From Amphiscolops sp. MND2022 (lineage: Eukaryota): DNA of 64,000 bases. The DNA lies in assembly GCA_964187785.1 (NCBI GenBank), contig OZ076409.1:38752001-38816000 (forward strand), written 5' to 3'. Shown piece by piece: positions 61,450-64,000 of the stretch. Made by a program: the position numbers and the translations under genes. Numbering within the stretch: position 1 is the stretch's first letter; each line of letters starts with the position of its first letter. The notes under the pieces were generated by a model that saw nothing but the letters and a program-made list of their open reading frames with translations, was not told the origin of the DNA and ran no database searches.

Positions 61450-64000
61450 TCAGGTGCGTTTGCTGTTACGCTTCTGTTTAGAAGTGTTGGGGGAATTGAA
61501 GTCAGTGACATCGTTTGGGAGATTTGCTTTCCATAACGGTTCAGCTCTACGCTGGGCTTGCGTTGATTCGCGAAGTGTGCGTGATCTTGGTTCGGGGAGG
61601 TGGAGAGTACGTGCTGCCTGATGCATAGCATGTCGGTACCAAGGCGAGGTTTCATTAGAGGGAAGATTTGATGAGACGGGGCTGGTCGGGAGGCTTTTCG
61701 TTAACAGGGGTTTGTTGGGGGAGGAATTGAGCCAGCTGGGTGATGTATTCTGGTAGGAAGGTTGGTTGGGAGAAATAGAGGGAAATCGTTGAAGAGGTGA
61801 TTCTGCATGAAGAGGTCCGGATGTTGGGGTGGTTGTTGTGTGAGTGGTGGGAGCGATTGGGGCTGTTGGTGACGCAACAAAAGGAGTAGAAGGTGCAGAT
61901 AAGGGGGTTCCCGGGGTAGCAGATGAAGGTGCGGGCGCGAAAGAAAATGGCCAATTACATTGATCGTGATCAAATGCAGAAGCAGTTTCAGGGTTTTCTT
62001 TACTATGAGGTTTTGGGTTTGCAAACTGACTTGTATCTCGGGTTGGGACATTGGATGTAGGTGGGGGTTCTTTGAATGGTTTCAAGCGATCGTAATGAAC
62101 CACCAATTCCTTTTGAGTTTGTTGGTCTTGAATCCGATAAGTTACGTCGTTAATGTCCTGCAAGATGACATAGGGGCCTTTCCACGGGCTGAAGAACTTC
62201 GATGTTTTGCCAACTGGCACAACTGGATTGTGAAGCAAAACTTTCTGTCCTGCTTCGTAGAGGGGTCCGTGAACTTTGCTGTTATAGATGGCGTTTCGTC
62301 TCTTCTGGTTTTGATTGAGGGCGGACCGAGCCAGTTCGTAAGCCTTTTGGAAGGCTAGTTTGCGCGCGGAGACAAATTCATTCGTATTTGACGCTGGTTG
62401 ATCCTTTGGGTTGGGGTACATGAAATCGATGGGTAATGAAATTTCTTGACCATAGACAAGAAAGTGGGGCGTGTAGCCAGTCGATTCATGTACGGAGGTA
62501 CGATATGCCATCATGACATAAGGCAATTGTGTTGACCAATTGTCCTGCTCGTCGTTCACACACTTTTCAAGCATGCTTTGAAGGGTCCGGTTCATCCGCT
62601 CGATAACAGCGTTGGACTGCGGTCGAAAAGCCGTGGTACGGGTTTTCTCAATCTGGAGAGATTGCATTAACAGTTTGAAGATTTTTGACTCAAAATTACG
62701 ACCTTGGTCACTGTGGATGCTATAAGGAAATCCGAAGCGGCAAATCCAATGTTGTAGCAACGCATTGGCAGTTGTAGAAGCTGTTTGATCTGGAAGTGGA
62801 ATGGCTTCGTACCATTTCGTGAAATGATCTCCAATTAGTAGTATGTGCTGGTTCCCGTTAGACTGCGGCAAAGGACCCAGGAAGTCAATACCAATGTGAT
62901 GGAATGGGTAGCTAGGGGGCCAATCCGAGAGAGAATGCAGGTGTTTCTTTGGAGGGTTGGCCCTTTTTTGGCATTGTTCACATCTACCAATGAATAATTT
63001 ATTATCTTCCTTGAAATTAGGCCAGTAGAAACGTTTTCGTACTTTTTCAGTGGTTTTGAATACACCTAAGTGTCCTCCAGTAGGTGAAGCGTGAACTGAT
63101 GAGAGTATTTCCTGGACCATATCAGGTGGTACTATCTGCTGGAAATAATGATCTCCGGTTTTGATCAGTTCGAAACGTCGGCATAGGATGCCATCTCTAA
63201 TTAACAGGCTCTTTAACTGATTGGCCAGTCGCCAGGTTAGACGGGGAGAACCCTGCAACTCCTTGTTACTCGGTGTTGTACCATCGGTTATCCACTGATG
63301 AACAGTTTTCAGTGCTGGATCTTTCTGCTGGGCGCTTCGCAGAGGGTTTGAATCGTTATCTTGGAGGACTTTAGTCCCTTGAGAAGGCTCACTGATTTTT
63401 AGAGGTGACTTGTCTTCAGGAGCCAGTTGTTTTGTAACTTCTGGTAGAGTGAGAACCGTCACTCGGATTACTGAACCATGAAACAAATCTTGTATCATGT
63501 CCCTTACTTCCTTCCAATCCAATTTGTCGAGACCACATCCAATTCTGGGCAAGCTAATGCGTGTGACATTATTTGTTTCGGCATGGGTTCTCAACGCTAT
63601 GAGAGAGGCTCTAAGGTTCTTGTATGTAGGTTTATGGAAGTAACGTCTTTTCGTTATTAGGTGGTACAGGAATCGCTGAGACTGGTTAATCACCTGGGGC
63701 CAAAGGGGTGCATTGTTAACCATTTCCTTTGTAGGTATCTTCGTCGGGAATTGCAGTTTTAGTTCCTGAGCAATTCCGGAAGACATTTTGAAGTCAGCCG
63801 ATATGCAGTGCGCAATGGAGTCGGCGACCTTCAAAAGGTCTCCTTCCTTCTCGGTGTAGTTAGCTTGGTTTGATCGGTTTGGCCATTCGGACTCGTCTTC
63901 GTAGTAAACTGTTCCTCCCGGCTGATCAACAGGTTCCGGTTGTGTCGAGACTATATTCAATGCTCTGGTTGGCGTGCGGGATAGACCGTCTGCGTGTCCA
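61450..64000 (-). CDS. pol: pol C-terminal part: end of RNase H, TARG1/OARD1-like macrodomain, integrase (HHCC, DDE, GPY/F), Pro/Ser/Thr-rich tail; open at the window edge
   Basis: In-frame HADGLSR at the window edge; EGDLL..SIAHCISADFKMSSGIA..YHLITK..KPTY..ISLPRIGCGLDKLDW; H-ASPTGGH..CEQC; IDFLGP, HSDQGRNFES, AVIERMNRT; WKGPY; no stops over >836 codons. Confidence 0.95.
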   Translation of the reverse strand, partial: GHADGLSRTPTRALNIVSTQPEPVDQPGGTVYYEDESEWPNRSNQANYTEKEGDLLKVADSIAHCISADFKMSSGIAQELKLQFPTKIPTKEMVNNAPLWPQVINQSQRFLYHLITKRRYFHKPTYKNLRASLIALRTHAETNNVTRISLPRIGCGLDKLDWKEVRDMIQDLFHGSVIRVTVLTLPEVTKQLAPEDKSPLKISEPSQGTKVLQDNDSNPLRSAQQKDPALKTVHQWITDGTTPSNKELQGSPRLTWRLANQLKSLLIRDGILCRRFELIKTGDHYFQQIVPPDMVQEILSSVHASPTGGHLGVFKTTEKVRKRFYWPNFKEDNKLFIGRCEQCQKRANPPKKHLHSLSDWPPSYPFHHIGIDFLGPLPQSNGNQHILLIGDHFTKWYEAIPLPDQTASTTANALLQHWICRFGFPYSIHSDQGRNFESKIFKLLMQSLQIEKTRTTAFRPQSNAVIERMNRTLQSMLEKCVNDEQDNWSTQLPYVMMAYRTSVHESTGYTPHFLVYGQEISLPIDFMYPNPKDQPASNTNEFVSARKLAFQKAYELARSALNQNQKRRNAIYNSKVHGPLYEAGQKVLLHNPVVPVGKTSKFFSPWKGPYVILQDINDVTYRIQDQQTQKELVVHYDRLKPFKEPPPTSNVPTRDTSQFANPKPHSKENPETASAFDHDQCNWPFSFAPAPSSATPGTPLSAPSTPFVASPTAPIAPTTHTTTTPTSGPLHAESPLQRFPSISPNQPSYQNTSPSWLNSSPNKPLLTKSLPTSPVSSNLPSNETSPWYRHAMHQAARTLHLPEPRSRTLRESTQAQRRAEPLWKANLPNDVTDFNSPNTSKQKRNSKRT

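Larger units (their letters stand above)
56281..64000 (-). mobile_element. Env-bearing Ty3/gypsy (errantivirus-like endogenous retrovirus), 3' half: pol(RH-Macro-IN), env, J-domain ORF, PPT, 3' LTR
   Basis: See the component features; all ORFs are co-oriented on the minus strand and end just before a PPT plus TG-starting LTR. Confidence 0.9.

Noticed and set aside
1..64000. Host species assignment (the repeat style is reminiscent of acoel flatworm assemblies)
   Set aside because: An impression from memory only; it cannot be supported without a database search.

Overview
AT-rich, intron-containing eukaryotic (invertebrate-type) genomic DNA dominated by transposable elements. 1-3573 is a decayed APE-RT LINE, followed by a 200-N gap. 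3774-25676 is a decayed Ty3/gypsy element (261-bp LTRs, tRNA-Ser-type PBS, CCHC gag, PR-RT-RH-spacer-IN) together with a CRE-like RLE non-LTR fragment and modular repeats, amplified as a nested tandem duplication (a 2.9-kb unit twice inside a 10.4-kb unit twice). 27314-31487 is a spliced gene for a dispersed C2H2 zinc-finger protein with a possible divergent BTB N-terminus. 41377-44990 holds two exons of a calcineurin-B/CIB-like EF-hand gene. Many Helentron/DINE-1-like (HINE) copies, MITEs and long palindromes fill the intergenic and intronic space. The highlight is 56281-64000 (minus strand): the 3' half of an endogenous retrovirus-like Ty3/gypsy element. It has a TARG1/OARD1-type macrodomain inserted between RNase H and integrase, an F-type (class I fusion) env, and an extra intact ORF with an HPD J-domain. 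Env and the J-ORF are each preceded by a same-phase splice acceptor, and a hairpin array lies between them. All calls are by eye from sequence and motif knowledge; no database searches were run.
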